A stretch of DNA of 64,000 nt from Eledone cirrhosa (GCA_964016885.1 OZ024742.1:11780001-11844000); one strand, 5' to 3'. Counted from the stretch's first letter, positions 26,072 through 40,185 are shown. Numbers and translations are program-made. The notes: generated from the sequence alone by a model not told the origin.

Positions 26072-27530
26072 AGCTAAGTCTTATCAAAGCGTCTTCTAGA
26101 TGGCATAGCTAAGTCTTAACAAAACGTCTTCTAGATGGCATAGCTAAGACTTAACAAAACGTCTTCTAGATGGCATAGCTAAGTCTTAACAAAACGTCTT
26201 CTAGATGGCATAGCTACGTCTTAACAAAACGTCTTACTTGTAGATATAATAGCTAAGTCTCAACAAAACGTCTTACTAGTAGATATACTTGCTAAGTCTT
26301 AACAAGACGTCTTACTTCTAGATGTCATATCTAAGTCTCAACAAAACGTCTTACTTCCAGATGTGATAGCTAAGTCTTAACAAGACGTCTTACTTCTAGA
26401 TGGCATAGCTAAGTCTGAACAAAACATCTTACGTGTAGATATAATAGCTAAGTCTTAACAAGACGTCTTACTTCTAGATGTCATAGCTAAGTCTCAACAA
26501 AAAGTCTTACTTCCAGATGTCATAGCTAAGTCTTAACAAAACGCCTTACTTGTAGATGTAATAGCTAACTCATAACAAAACCTCTTACTTCTAGATACAA
26601 TAACTAAGTCTTAACAAAACGTCTTACTTCTAGATATAGTAACTAAGTCTTAACAAGACGTCTTACTTCTAGATGTCATAGCTAAGTCTTAAGAAACGTC
26701 TTAATTATAGATGTAATAGCTAAGTCTTAACAAGACGTCTTACTTCTAGGTGTCATAGCTAAGTCTCAACAAAACGTCTTACTTCCAGATGTCATAGCTA
26801 AGTCTTAACAAAAACGTCTTACTTGTAGATGTGATAGCTAAGCCTTAACATAACGTCTTACTTCTAGATATAATAGCTAACAAGACGTCTTACTTCTAGA
26901 TATAATAGCTAAGTCTTAACAAGATGTTTTACTTCTAGATATAATAGCTAAGTCATAACAAAACCTCTTACTTCTAGATACAATAACTAAGTCTTAACAA
27001 AACCTCTTACTTCTAGATATAATAGCTATGTCGTAAGTAAACGTCTTACTTCTAGATGTAATAGCTAAGTCATAACAAAACCTCTTACTTCTAGATACAA
27101 TAACTAAGTCTTAACAAAACCTCTTACTTCTAGATATAATAGCTATGTCGTAAGTAAACGTTTTACTTCTAGATGTAATAGCTAAGTCTTAACAAGGCGT
27201 CTTACTTCTAGATATAATAACTAAGTCTTAACAAAACGTCTTGCTTCTAGATATAATAGCTAAGTCTTAACAAAACGTCTTACTTCTAGATACAATAGCT
27301 AAGTCTTAACAAGGCGTCTTACTTCTAGATATAATAGCTAAGTCTTAACAAAACGTCTTACTTCTAGATATAATAGCTAAGTCTTAACAAGACGTCTTAC
27401 TTCTAGATATAATAGCTAAGTCTTAACAAAACGTCTTACTTCTAGATATAATAGCGAAGTCACAAATAAACGTCATACTTCTAGATATAATAGCGAAGTC
27501 TTAACTAAACGAACTAAACGTCTTACTAGA
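26072..27530. repeat. 39-bp minisatellite TAGATATAATAGCTAAGTCTTAACAAAACGTCTTACTTC (~37 units)
   Basis: Tandem units; the first few are 35-bp variants. Confidence 0.96.
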
Positions 27531-28574
27531 TAATGTAGTTTGGGGTAAAATATGTCTCAAAAAGAAAATATAAGATATTCATGTCTAAAGAACCTTTGGT
27601 CGTGGGTCAGGTCGATCTGGACTGAACTGAAGACAAACAACATTGAACAACAGAGGTATAACTAGCATGGAATTTAAAATCTCATTTGAAAACCCAGAAA
27701 TAATAAAATTTATTTAATTATACCCTTCAGTTATGATCGGGGTTAGATCAACAAATATTTTTCTTTTACTTGTTTTCCACCTCGCGAGGATAAACCTTTT
27801 TGAAGAGAGGTAAACCCCAGATAGATTCCTGATAGTAGGTGTGGAGCAGTATTTCTTATTACGAGGTTGGTTGATGGTCTACCAGAACATTATTTACTGA
27901 TCTGAAGTCAGATTCTAGCTTAACCCCAAAGTCTTCCCATGTTTAACTTTGGACCCGTTTACACCACAGTTAAGTCACGGGAGAACTTTGCTACTTAATC
28001 TACATCCGCTAGAGCACAAGCTGAGATATACAGAGTTATGACCATCATAGCTATGACTGTGAAAGTTATGATGGACACAGGTTTAATGATGATATTTTGG
28101 AAGGATATCAAGTATATATCAATAGCAATTAATTGATTTTGTGTTTGATCATACACCTATGTCTAATTTAGTGATAGAACTGCGTTGAAGATTCGGATTG
28201 TGAAAGCATTTAAAGAGTATGTTTGATTCCATTCCACACTGGGAATTTCTTAATTACAATTAATTCAAGTCATTTTCTTGTCACCGTTTAACATTACAAT
28301 GAATACAACATCTTGGGAGATATTTAATTGCTGCCTACATTCTATACTTTTATTGTTTCATTGTTTTCAGTAATTGGATTGCGGCCATACTGTAGTTCCT
28401 CAGAAAGTGTTTCAGTCAATTTTATCGACCCAGCTTTCTGTCATTAGTAATTAATTCATTATTCTTTCAATGTACGGATAACATTCAGCCATGTTGTAAA
28501 GGTAGATACATGAAAAAGAATTAAATATCTTTAGGTATTTATTGACAAACCCCCTTTATTCGTCTCACAACGAT

Positions 28575-28740
<166 letters not shown>

Positions 28741-28887
28741 GTATGAGGTTAACAGAACAGGGATGTCAGGATCAAATTGTGGTCTGTCGGTTGTGAAGCA
28801 GATAATAAGAAGCGCTCAACGACCTGTATAGATGGTACAAGACAGAGCATTATATATGAGTGGCCTCCGATCTTTTATTAATATATA

Positions 28888-29848
28888 TCATCATCTTCAT
28901 CATCATCATCATTTTACGTCCACTTTTTCCTGCTTGCAAGGGTGCGACGGGTCCTATTCAGCACAGCATCTCTCCACCCGTCACGGTACTTCGTCATCTC
29001 CTCCGTGAGCTTCAGCGATCTGAGGTCTGCTCTCACCACCTCCACCCATGTTTTTCGTGGTCTTCCTCTACTGCGTCTTCCTTCTACTGGGATTTCTTGG
29101 CACTTCTTTGCCCAGTGGTCATCCTCCATGTGCATCACATGTCCATACCATCTCAGTCTTCTCTCTTGCACACCACAACTAATACCTCTTATACACAGTT
29201 TCTTTCTCAACTCATCTATGCTTGGTCGTTCACGCACATTGACATTGCACATCCAACAGAGCATGCTTGCTTCATTTCTCTCCAGCCGTCACATATCCTC
29301 TGCAGTTGCTTCCCATGTCTCACTACCATGCAGCATCGCGCATCTCACATAAGCATCATATAACCGTCCTTTCGTACACAAGGAGAAACCCTTCTTTGTC
29401 AACAGAGGAAGCAGCTCGCTAAACTTCTTCCAACCCGGTCTTATTCTAGATACTATGGCCTCGGAACCCCCCCCCCCCCCCCGCCCCATGCTAATCTGAT
29501 CACCTAGGTACCGGAAGCTATCAACCACTTCTATAGAACTCATCTGCGTTGGAAAAATGCGTCTATTACTGCGATTACTACTGCCAACTTTCCCTGTACA
29601 TCCACTGCATACATAGTTTTCCCTACCTGTTAGTTTGCCTGCTATCCCACTACATCTCATGTGTACCCAAGATCTGCATTGCGTACATTTTATGGAATTT
29701 ATGCCAGTTTCTTTTCTACATATCGAACATGGACATTTCCCTTATGGAATCAGAGTATTGTCCTCTCTTCTACTTATCAACACTTTTGTCTTAGCTTTGT
29801 TCACTCTCAGTCCTCTTGATTCCAACTGCTGTTTCCATAGCCAGAATT
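28888..29848 (-). mobile_element. 5'-truncated RTE-clade LINE (3' end) with (ATG)n tail
   Basis: Peptides GLRVNKAKTKVL, Cys/His finger CSIC..CTQC..WVH.RC..CSGC, EVVDSFRYLGDQIS, MLHGSETW, RRLRWYGHV, GRRSRGRPRKTW; frameshifted; ends ggacgtaaa(atg)n. Confidence 0.92.
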
Positions 29849-29870
29849 TATATATAAATATTTATATATA

Positions 29871-29905
<35 letters not shown>

Positions 29906-30110
29906 TATTAAGGATACTATTTATGGTTATGTATATAATAAAACCTTTTATGGTTATATATTTTTTATACAAGCCCCAAATAGTGAAAGATAGTCATTCA
30001 TTACTATCTTATTACCAGTAAGATAAATAGCTCAATGTAATAACATCAGTTGTTTTACAGAGCAGTTATATAGAGATTACAATAATCAAAGTTCAGTTTA
30101 AATCATTTAT

Positions 30111-30159
30111 TTGCTTACAATTGTTTCCTCCAAACCGAGGTTTCTATTCTTCGGAGCAA
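30111..30159 (-). ncRNA. Degenerate type I hammerhead ribozyme
   Basis: UUGCU-CcGAAGA-...AAACCucGGUUU...-GAAA-CAAUUG-UA/AGCAA: perfect stem I, palindromic stem III, but U>C in the core and an irregular stem II base. Confidence 0.6.
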
Positions 30160-30844
30160 CTATTTAGTGATCTATAACATACTTGACCTCCTTTTCAACA
30201 CAAGAGACATATAAAAACATATGCATATATTGACCCACAGTGGGATGACATCCATCAAAATGATATAGCATGGCAATTTAGATATAAAGGTTAAAGGATA
30301 AAAATAAAAATAAAAATAAAAATGAAACATTGGCAGTTTATGAAGATAAAGCAAGAGGAAAGTTTAGAGTAGTCAGTGTATGAAACAATCTCACGTGTAG
30401 CATGCACGCGTGTCTTATTTATACAGGATTAGAGTGCGGCAAATTGTTACTTGTAGGATCAGGCAGTTAAAGCAGGCAATCGATAGTATTATGTGGGCTG
30501 TATTGTTAAATCATTTTTTGGCATACACCTGTATGATATACAATCCCGAATGTAGAGAAACACCAAAATATCAAAAATATCAAACATATAAAACATATTA
30601 TAACATAGGCAAAAGAGTACCACTGTCTTCGCTCACACCACCACTCACATAGTCCATGAAACGATATTTTTTGCTTAAACTTTAATCTGTTTTTTTAATA
30701 AATATATATATATATATACATATACGATCATGGTATGGCGTCATCATGTACGTATGTATGTATGCATGTAATTATGTATGCATGTATTTATGTATGCATG
30801 TACTTATGCATGCATGCATGTATATATATATATGTATGTGTATG

Positions 30845-30897
<53 letters not shown>

Positions 30898-31385
30898 TGT
30901 TGGGCAATAGTTCCATTCATTGAAACAATTTAAAACTGTAATAGAGTTTATAAATTTATTTGTTCAATCTTTTGATTCAGTCAGAAGCCGCGCATTATTT
31001 TCAATTTCTTCGGGGGTGTATTTTTCCAAACATATCTGCAGGCTAGTTCTTTTTTATATTGAAGAATTGGTGGCATCAAGGAGCAATCTCAAACGAAATA
31101 CTATAATATACCATTGAGTTTTAGAGTGTCTGCAGGTTTATTCGAAAAATGGTGATTATTCAAAATATTGATTTATCTTAAAAGTCAAACTACAGCCTTT
31201 CAAAATTGCCGCAAACCCGAAATATAATATAGCAATTGATGTATATTTAAAGTGGTTGAGACCATTTATTTTTGTTTATCATCTTCACGGCTATGTTGCT
31301 TAAAGTGTGTTGTTTTGTGAGAATGACGATCAAATAGAAACCTGTTTAATGTATACACTCAATCTATAGCTCATTTTTATCACTT

Positions 31386-31428
<43 letters not shown>

Positions 31429-31560
31429 TTGTGTGTGTGTGAGAGTCTGTAACTCTGTGTGTATGTGTTTGTGTATATATTTATATAATGTATATGCAGG
31501 CATACATACACAGACATGCAAACGAATACATGCATTATATATGTGTAAGCGTATATACGG

Positions 31561-31725
<165 letters not shown>

Positions 31726-32399
31726 TGTTTCGACTATTCATTTTTAAGTAGAAAAATAAAAATATCGCATTCTATTGAAGAAGAAATACACTGAACTAAA
31801 TATATATGGAAATGTCACATTGAAGTCGTATTTTTTTTTGGTCGACCGTCTTTAGAAAGGAAAAGACGTCAGTTTAAAGTTCAGTAGAGATATACATGTG
31901 TAGGATAAATATAAAGGAGGTCGGTAATTTAAAGAGATACAGATATATGAAAGAAAGATTGGTCGACATGTCTACTGCTGTGGAATCTTAAGAAGACATG
32001 AAAAAATAAGGAGAGGTTAGTAACAGTAATGGGCTTGCCAAGATACCGGTACACATAGCTGATAATAAGACAGAGAAGACACGGTCTGTTGCATCACATC
32101 TGTTATAACAAGTAAAAAAAAAAGACATTGTTGCATCACAACTGTTATAATAAGACTCCTTCCATGATAGGACACCAGTCCATCACAGGGTTAAAATCTG
32201 TCTTAGTTTCATTGGTATTAAGTGACTGAGAGTACAAGGCAGCCCACCCCTCCGGATAGGACATAAATCTATCGCAGAGTTAACGTCTGTCTTAGTTTTA
32301 TGTGTGTTAAGTGACTGGTTTCTTGTCCAGACGGTGGAAGTCTTGTATTTTAGTTGTTAAATGCCAAAGAAACAGACCTAATGAGTCTCTGGTGGCTTG

Positions 32400-33310
32400 G
32401 AACAGACTTTAGTCCTGTGGTGGACTGATGTCCTGCCGAGGAGAAAGTCTTGTACTCTCAGTCACTTAACACCAATGACATTAAGACAGACTTTAACACT
32501 GTGATGGACTGGTGTCCTGTCCAGGAGGAAGTCTTGTACTCTCAGTCACTTCACACCAATGACATTAAGACAGACTTTAACACTATGATGGATGGTGTCC
32601 TGTCCAGGGGAAGTCTTGTACTCTCAGTCACTTAACACCAATGACATTAAGACAGACATTAACACTGTGATGGACTGGTATCCTGTCCAGGAGGAAGTAT
32701 TGTCCTCTCAGTCACTTAACACCAATGACAATAAGACAGACTATAACACTGTGATGGACTGGTGACCTGTCCAGGGGGAAGTCTTGTACTCTCAGTCACT
32801 TAACACCAATGACATTAAGACAGACTTTAACACTGTGATGGACTGGTGTCAAGTCCATGGGGAAGTCTTGTACTCTCAGTCACTTAACACCAATGACATT
32901 AAGACAGACTTTAACATTGTGATGGCCTGGTGTCCTGCCCAGGGGGAAGTCTTGTACTCTCAGTCACTTAACACCAATGACATTAAGACAGACTTTAACA
33001 CTGTGATGGACTGGTGTCCTGTCCAGGGTGAAGTCTTGTACTCTCAGTCACTTAACACCAATGACATTAAGACAGACGTTAACACTGTGATGGACTGGTG
33101 TCCTGTCCAGGAGGAAGCCTTGTACTCTCAGACACTTAACACCAATGACATTAAGACAGACTTTAATACTATGATGGACTGGTGTCCTCTCCAGGAGGAA
33201 GTCTTGTACTCTCAGTCACTTAAGACCAATGATATTAAGAGAGACTTTAACACTGTGATGGACTGGTGTCCTGTCCAGGAGGAAGTCTTGTACTCTCAGT
33301 CACTTAACAC
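32400..33310. repeat. 84-bp minisatellite (~10.5 units)
   Basis: Unit gtcttgtactctcagtcacttaacaccaatgacattaagacagactttaacactgtgatggactggtgtcctgtccaggrggaa; inverted degenerate units at ~32160-32315. Confidence 0.95.
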
Positions 33311-33682
33311 TGTAGCGGCCCCTTACGGCTATGACTCAGCACGTATAAGACTGACGTTCCTTTGCGACGGGAGCGACTCCCAGCGGTAGATTCATGTAGT
33401 AAGCGGAGTTGCGTCCGCTGGGGACTATATAGTCGAGGACAGTCAAGCCATAAGACACACTCTACTCCTGAACTTCGACGGGACAAGAACACCTGAGCCC
33501 TTGTCAAGAGATGACTCCTGTTTCACTTCCTTCGTACCCAAGAAGAAGAACACCGGCAGCCTAAAGAAACACTTGAACCTTACACACTGCAGTCTGGGAG
33601 TTGTGACCACCTGCACATCAACATGTGGTAACAATTCTTTATAACAATTTATTTGACTTCTGTGAAGTAAAACCATGTTACA
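33311..33682 (+). mobile_element. Probable solo LTR (372 bp)
   Basis: GC-richer island starting TGTAGC and ending GTTACA (TG...CA, short inverted termini), TATA-like tatatag near 33426, AGTAAA near the end; flanks ACAC/ACTC (imperfect 4-bp TSD). Confidence 0.6.
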
Positions 33683-33936
33683 ACTCTCACTTGCATTTAT
33701 TGTCATTTTTGATAATATTTAAATACACTGATACTAATTTCCTAAATTGGTGACCTGACGTTTTAAAAAAAAAAAAAAAAAAAGAATGGGAAACGGTACC
33801 AAATATTAAAAAAAACCCATTTAATATAGAACAACACACTTGATTCTGGTATGGCTGTATTGACCGAGCTAAACATAGTTCTCTGTAACACGTAACATCA
33901 AACTCTTCATATGTGCAAAACGAACAGTATATAGAT

Positions 33937-36712
33937 AAATAAGTTAGAGAAGACAAGGTCCGTTGTATCACATCTGTTATAATAAGTTAGAGAAGACAAG
34001 GTCTGTTGCATCACATATGTTATAATAAGTTAGAGAAGACAAGGTCTGTTGTATCACATCTGTTATAATAAGTTAGACAAGACAGGCTCTGTTGTATCAC
34101 ATCTTTTATAATAAGTTAGAGAAGACAAGGTCTGTTGTATCACATCTGTTATAAGTTAGAGAAAACAAGGTCTGTTGTATCACATCTGTTATAATAAGTT
34201 AGAGAAGACAAGGTCTGTTGTATCACATCTGTTGTAATAAGTTAGAGAAGACAAGGTCTGTTGCATCATATCGGTTATAATAAGTTAGAGAAGACAAGGT
34301 CTGTGGCATCACATCTGTTATAATAAGTTAGAGGAGACAAGATATGTTGTGTCACATCTGTTATAATAAGTTACAGACGACAAGGTCTGTTGTATCACAT
34401 CTGTTATAATAAGTTAGACAAAACAAGGTCTGTTGTACCACATCTGTTATAATAAGTTACAGAAGACAAGGTCTGTTGTATCATCACATCTGTTATAATA
34501 AGTTAGAGAAGACAAGGTCTGTTGTATCAGATTTGTTATAAGTTAGAGAAGACAAGGTCTGTTGTATCTCATCTTTTATAATAAGTTAGAGAAGACAAGG
34601 TCTGTTGTATCACATCTGTTATAATAAATTAGAGAAGGCAATGTCTGTTGTATCACATCTGTTATAATAAGTTACAGAAGACAAGGTCTGTGGCATCACA
34701 TCTGTTATAATAAGTTACAGAAGACAAGGTCTGTTGTAGCACATCTGTTATAATAAGTTAGACATGACAAGGTCTGTTGTATCACATCTGTTATAATTAG
34801 TTCGAGAAGACAAGTTCTCATGTATCACATCTGTTATATTAAGTTAGAGAAGACAAGGTCCGTGGCATCACATCTGTTATAATAAGTTAGAGAAGAAAAG
34901 GTATGTTGCATCACATCTGTTATAATAAGTTATAGAAGACAAGGTCTGTTGTATCACGTCTGTTATAATAAGTTACAGAAGACAAGGTCTGTTGTATCAC
35001 ATCTGCTATAATAAGTTTGAGAAGACAAGGTCTGTGGCATCACATCTGTTATAATAAGTTAGAGAAGACAAGGTCTGTTGTATCACGTCTGTTATAATAA
35101 GTTAGAGAAGACAAGGTTTGTTGTATCACATCTGTTATAATTAGTTAGAGAAGACAAGTTCTGATGTATCACATCTGTTATATTAAGTTAGAGAAGACAA
35201 GGTCCGTGGCATCACATATGTTATAATAAGTTAGAGAAGACAAGGTATGTTGCATCACATCTGTTATAATAAGTTAGAGAAGACAAGGTCTGTTGCATCA
35301 CATCTGTTATAATACGTTAAGAAGACAAGGTCTGTTGTATCACATCTGTTATAATAAATTAGACAAGACAAGGTCTGTTGTATCACATCTGTTATAATAA
35401 GTTACAGAAGTCAAGGTCTGGTGTATCATCACATCTGTTATAATAAGTTACAGAAAACGTGGTATGTTGTATCACATCTGTTATAATAAGTTACAGAAGA
35501 CAAGACCTGTTGTATCACATCTGTTATAATAAGTTACAGAAGACAAGATCTGTTGTGTCACATCTGTTATAATAAGTTAGACAAGACAGGGTCTGTTGCA
35601 TCACAAATGTTATAATAAGTTAGAGAAGACAAGGTCTGTTGTATCACGTCTGTTATAATAAGTTACAGAAGACAGGGTTTGTTGTATCACATCTGCTATA
35701 ATAAGTTTGAGAAGACAAGGTCTGTGGCATCACATCAGTTATAATAAGTTAGAGAAGACAAGGTCTGTTGTATTACGTCTGTTATAATAAGTTAGAGAAG
35801 ACAAGGTCTGTTGTATCACGTCTGTTATAATAAGTTAGAGAAACAAGGTCTGTTATATCATATCTGTTATAATAAATTAGAGAAGACAATGTCTGTTGTA
35901 TCACATCTGTTATAATAAGTTACAGAAGACAAGGTTTGTTGTATCACATCTGTTATAATTAGTTAGAGAAGACAAGGTCTGATGTATCACATCTGTTATA
36001 TTAAGTTAGAGAAGACAAGGTCTGTTGCATCACATCTGTTATAATACGTTAGAGAAGACAAGTTCTGTTGTATCACATCTGTTATAATAAATTAGACCAG
36101 ACCAGGTCTGTTGTATCATATCTGTTATAATAAGTTACATAAGACAAGGTCTGGTATATCATCACATCTGTTATAATAAGTTACAGAAAACTAGGTATGT
36201 TGTATCACATCTGTTATAATAAGTTACAGAAGACAAAATCTGTTGTGTCACATCTGTTATAATAAGTTAGACAAGACAAGGTCTGTTGCATCACATCTGT
36301 TATAATAAGTTAGAGAAGACAAGGTATGTTGTATCACGGCTGTTATAATAAGTTACAGAAGACAAGGTTTCTTGTATCACATCTGCTATAATAAGTTTGA
36401 GAAGACAAGGTCTGTGGCATCACATCTGTTATAATAAGCTAGAGAAGACAGGGTCTGTTGGATCACGTCTGTTATAATAAGTTACAGAAGACAAGGTCTG
36501 TTGTATCACATCTGCTATAATAAGTTTGAAAAGACAAGGTCTGTGGCATCACATCTGTTATAATAAGTTAGAGAAGACAAGGTCTGTTGATCACGTCTGT
36601 TATAATAAGTTAGAGAAGACAAGGTCTGTGGTATCACATCTGTTATAATAAGTTAGAGTAGACAAGATCTGTTGTATCACATCTATTATAATAAGTTAGA
36701 CAAGACAGGGTC
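33937..36712. repeat. 43-bp minisatellite AATAAGTTAGAGAAGACAAGGTCTGTTGTATCACATCTGTTAT (~64 units)
   Basis: Tandem array with recurring variant blocks. Confidence 0.97.
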
Positions 36713-36914
36713 TGGGGCAGGCGCTGAGAGTAGAAACTGAGCCTGTGTGATTGAGACTATTTATATCTTTGATGTAGTTGGGAGTATTTGTTTGTGCAAC
36801 AGTTGTAATAACAGATATAAATATATAAACAGTTCTACATTATGTTTATTAAATCTGTAACTACTGAAGTGTTGTCCGACCTTGTAGGAAACGTTGAGTC
36901 GTTAGAACGAAATA

Positions 36915-37130
36915 TGTGTTCCTACCTTTTGAACAAGGTCAGCAATTTGAAGGGAAAGAAAAAGTCTAAATCGACCCCAGTCCATTACTGGTACTTTATA
37001 TTATCGACCTCGTAAGAAAGAAAGACAAAACTAACCCCGGTGGAATTTGAACCCAGAACGTAAAGAACCATAACTCTATGCCACAAAGCATGTTGAACGA
37101 CGTTCTACCGACTCTACAAATCTACAGACC
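36915..37130 (-). mobile_element. Degenerate SINE family A (long variant)
   Basis: tcgaccccagt..actggtacttta..atcgacc..ggaatttgaacccag. Other decayed copies at about 1525-1720(-), 25130-25430(+), 37330-37480(+), 38060-38200(+), 38730-38890(+), 42685-42890(-), 44225-44368(+). Confidence 0.75.
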
Positions 37131-39049
37131 TTAAGATGAAATATTGACAATGGGAAACAAGGGACTTTTCTATGAGAGTGTTCATCAGATATTGTAAGAT
37201 CTATTATAGTGACATTGATGGACGTTCTTCATACATGGCAGGACTGTGTACTATACAAAATGTTTTATTGAAGCCGTCTAGAACATAAGGCAAAGTCCCA
37301 ATATAATAATTACCTCATACGAGAGGACATTGGCAGAAGTCCTAGACAGTCGGGGCTTTTTTCTCCCACTTTATTATCTGAGTTCAAATCCCACTGGTCA
37401 ACTTTACCAGTCAAATACTGGGGTCAATTTAATGAACTTTGCTCTTCTGTTAAAATGTGCTGGCACTGTGTTTAAATTACGTCACCTGTGTATATATGAA
37501 ACCGAAACATTTTTACAGATATTTGTGTGAGAAAGTATTTAAGTGATAATTTATAAATACTTTATTGTCTTTTAACATGTGAAACACTACGTTTGTAAAT
37601 CTATCTTGGAATGTCTGCATTCAGCAATTCTTATCAAAACAGAAACTAAACAAATAGTTAAGAAAAAAGGGTAAAAGATAATCCACCCATAACAATGTAA
37701 TTATTTTTTCCTAGTCCTTTATTTGTTTTAATTTCCCCACAACATACGGCTTCGTTCTTGTAAACGCCCAGAAAAACCTAAAGATAAAGCTTGGCTGGCA
37801 TTTTTAATACAATCTGATGCTAATCAAACTACTGAAAATACATGTTTTAATTGTCTTTTAAGTGCCAAAATCTTGTTACCTAACACTTGTCTAGGAATTA
37901 GTTCAGAAGGTTTCAAATGCGTCGAAATGTTTGATAATTCTATTTTGTCCTTTAGGAATATGTGTATATGTGTGGTATATTCTTAAGTTGTAAACTACTT
38001 CTTTATATCAAGTAACAATCATGAAAGTAATAATGTGTCTAAAGATTATCCTTTGGGCGGCGTTAGAAGGTCATATAGAATTCGTTAACGCTATCTGTTT
38101 TCTCTCAGTTCAAAATCTCACTGAGATTAACTTTCCTATGCATTATTTCGAGGTCGATAACAAAGAGTACTAGTCTAGTACTGAGTTCGATTCTTCCTCT
38201 ACACCCCCCCCCACTCTCTCATTGTTACGGAATTATAACTCATTGTCATCTTGATATAACCGACTACATATAGACGGCAGTCTTTCGTGTGTTTCACTTT
38301 AAATATATGATACAATATGATGAATGCACTCAGCAGAATATGATCTCTCATACTGACTTTAAAATTAAAAATATTTTCTTTCTTGATCTAAATAGATTGG
38401 TTATAGAAAATAATAGATTTTCTAGCTGGAAATAATCTTAAAATTAAAAATCTTTCTGTAACCTTCTTATTAGATTACATGTATTTTTCCACTTTGATCC
38501 TATATTTCTGGGTATTTTATCTATAAGGCTCCATGAATGCTATTTACACCATGACTATAATACAATTTCCCTCGCCCGTCTCATTTTATTTTCTTGGAGG
38601 GTAGCAACAAGTGGTTGCATCCAAAAGACACGTCCACACAAGAATGGAAGCCTCAATTCTGGCGCTTCATTATTCTTAGGTACGTGTCTTTATAAAACTA
38701 CGTTCAATGACCGTAGAATAAATAATTTCAGGCGGCGAATTGTCCGTTGAACGTCGGATAGAATGCTTTGCCGGGTTTGTCTTGGCTCTCTGCTCTCTCA
38801 GTTCAAATCCTATCGTGGTCAACTTTGGTTTTCATCTATTCTCGGTCGATAAAAAAGTACCAATCAAGTAGTGGGATTAATGTTCCTTCTAAATCTCTTT
38901 CTCACTTCCTTTCTATCACTCTTTATCCTTATCTGCGAGAAATCTACTGCATTCAGATATGGAGATGAGATGGGATCCGCCAAGTTTACAAATTGTCCTA
39001 GAAATGGCACCCCTACCACTCCACCGGGAGTTATAGAACCATACCATAA

Positions 39050-39230
39050 ATAATTGTTTCTACTTTTGGCCCAAGGCCAGTGTATTACTGGTACTTTATT
39101 TTATCGACCCCGTAAGGATGAAAGGCAAAGTTAACCGCGGCGGGTTTTGAACTCAGACCATGAAGAGCCGTAACTCTTTGCTATAAAGCATGGCGTCCGA
39201 CCCTCTACCAATACTGCCAATCCACCACCC
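39050..39230 (-). mobile_element. SINE family A copy whose head seeds the adjacent array
   Basis: Body matches family A and runs without a break into the 41-bp repeat. Confidence 0.9.
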
Positions 39231-40185
39231 ATGGCGTCCGACCCTCTACCAATACTGCCAATCCACCACCCATGGCGTCCGACCCTCTACCAATACTGCC
39301 AATCCACCACCCATGGGGTCCGACCCTCTACCAATACTGCCAATCCACCACCCATGGCGTCCGACCCTCTACCAATACTGCCAATCCACCACCCATGGTG
39401 TCCGACCCTTTACCAATACTGCCAATCCACCACCCATGGCGTCCGACCCTCTACCAATACTGCCAATCCACCACCCATGGCGTCCGACCCTCTACCAATA
39501 CTGCCAATCCACCACCCATGGCGTCCGACCCTCTACCAATACTGCCAATCCACCACCCATGGCGTCCGACCCTCTACCAATACTGCCAATCCACCACCCA
39601 TGGCGTCCGACCCTCTACCAATACTGCCAATCCACCACCCATGGTGTCCGACCCTCTACCAATACTGCCAATCCACCACCCATGGCGTCCGACCCTCTAC
39701 CAATACTGCCAATCCACCACCCATGGCGTCCAACCCTCTACCAATACTGCCAATCCACCACCCATGGCGTCCGACCATCTACCAATACTGTCAATCCACC
39801 ACCCATGGCGTCCGACCCTCTACCAACCCTCTACCAATACTGCCAATCCACCACCCATAGCGTCCGACCCTCTACCAATACTGCCAATCCACCACCCATG
39901 GCGTCCGACCTTCTACCAATACTGCCAATCCACCACCCATGGCGTCCGACCCTCTACCAATACTGCCAATCCACCACCCATGGCGTCCGACCCTCTACCA
40001 ATACTGCCAATCCACCGCCCATGGTGTCCGACCCTCTACCAATACTGCCAATCCACCCACCACCCATGGTGTCCGACCCTCTATCAATACTGCCAATCCA
40101 CCGCCCATGGTGTCCAACCCTCTACCAATACTGCCAATCCACCGCCCATGGTGTCCGACCCTCTACCAATACTGCCAATCCACCG
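39189..40185. repeat. 41-bp minisatellite (~24 units) equal to the SINE A 5' head
   Basis: Unit catggcgtccgaccctctaccaatactgccaatccaccacc is the reverse complement of approximately SINE positions 18914-18954. Confidence 0.96.

Noticed and set aside
32784-33389. 201-aa protein with 28-aa repeats
   Set aside because: In-frame 84-bp satellite; an upstream unit is frameshifted, another has a stop, and the ORF ends inside the LTR candidate.
37140-37195. CTGATGA...GAAA on the minus strand
   Set aside because: Stem II and stem III do not pair; likely chance.
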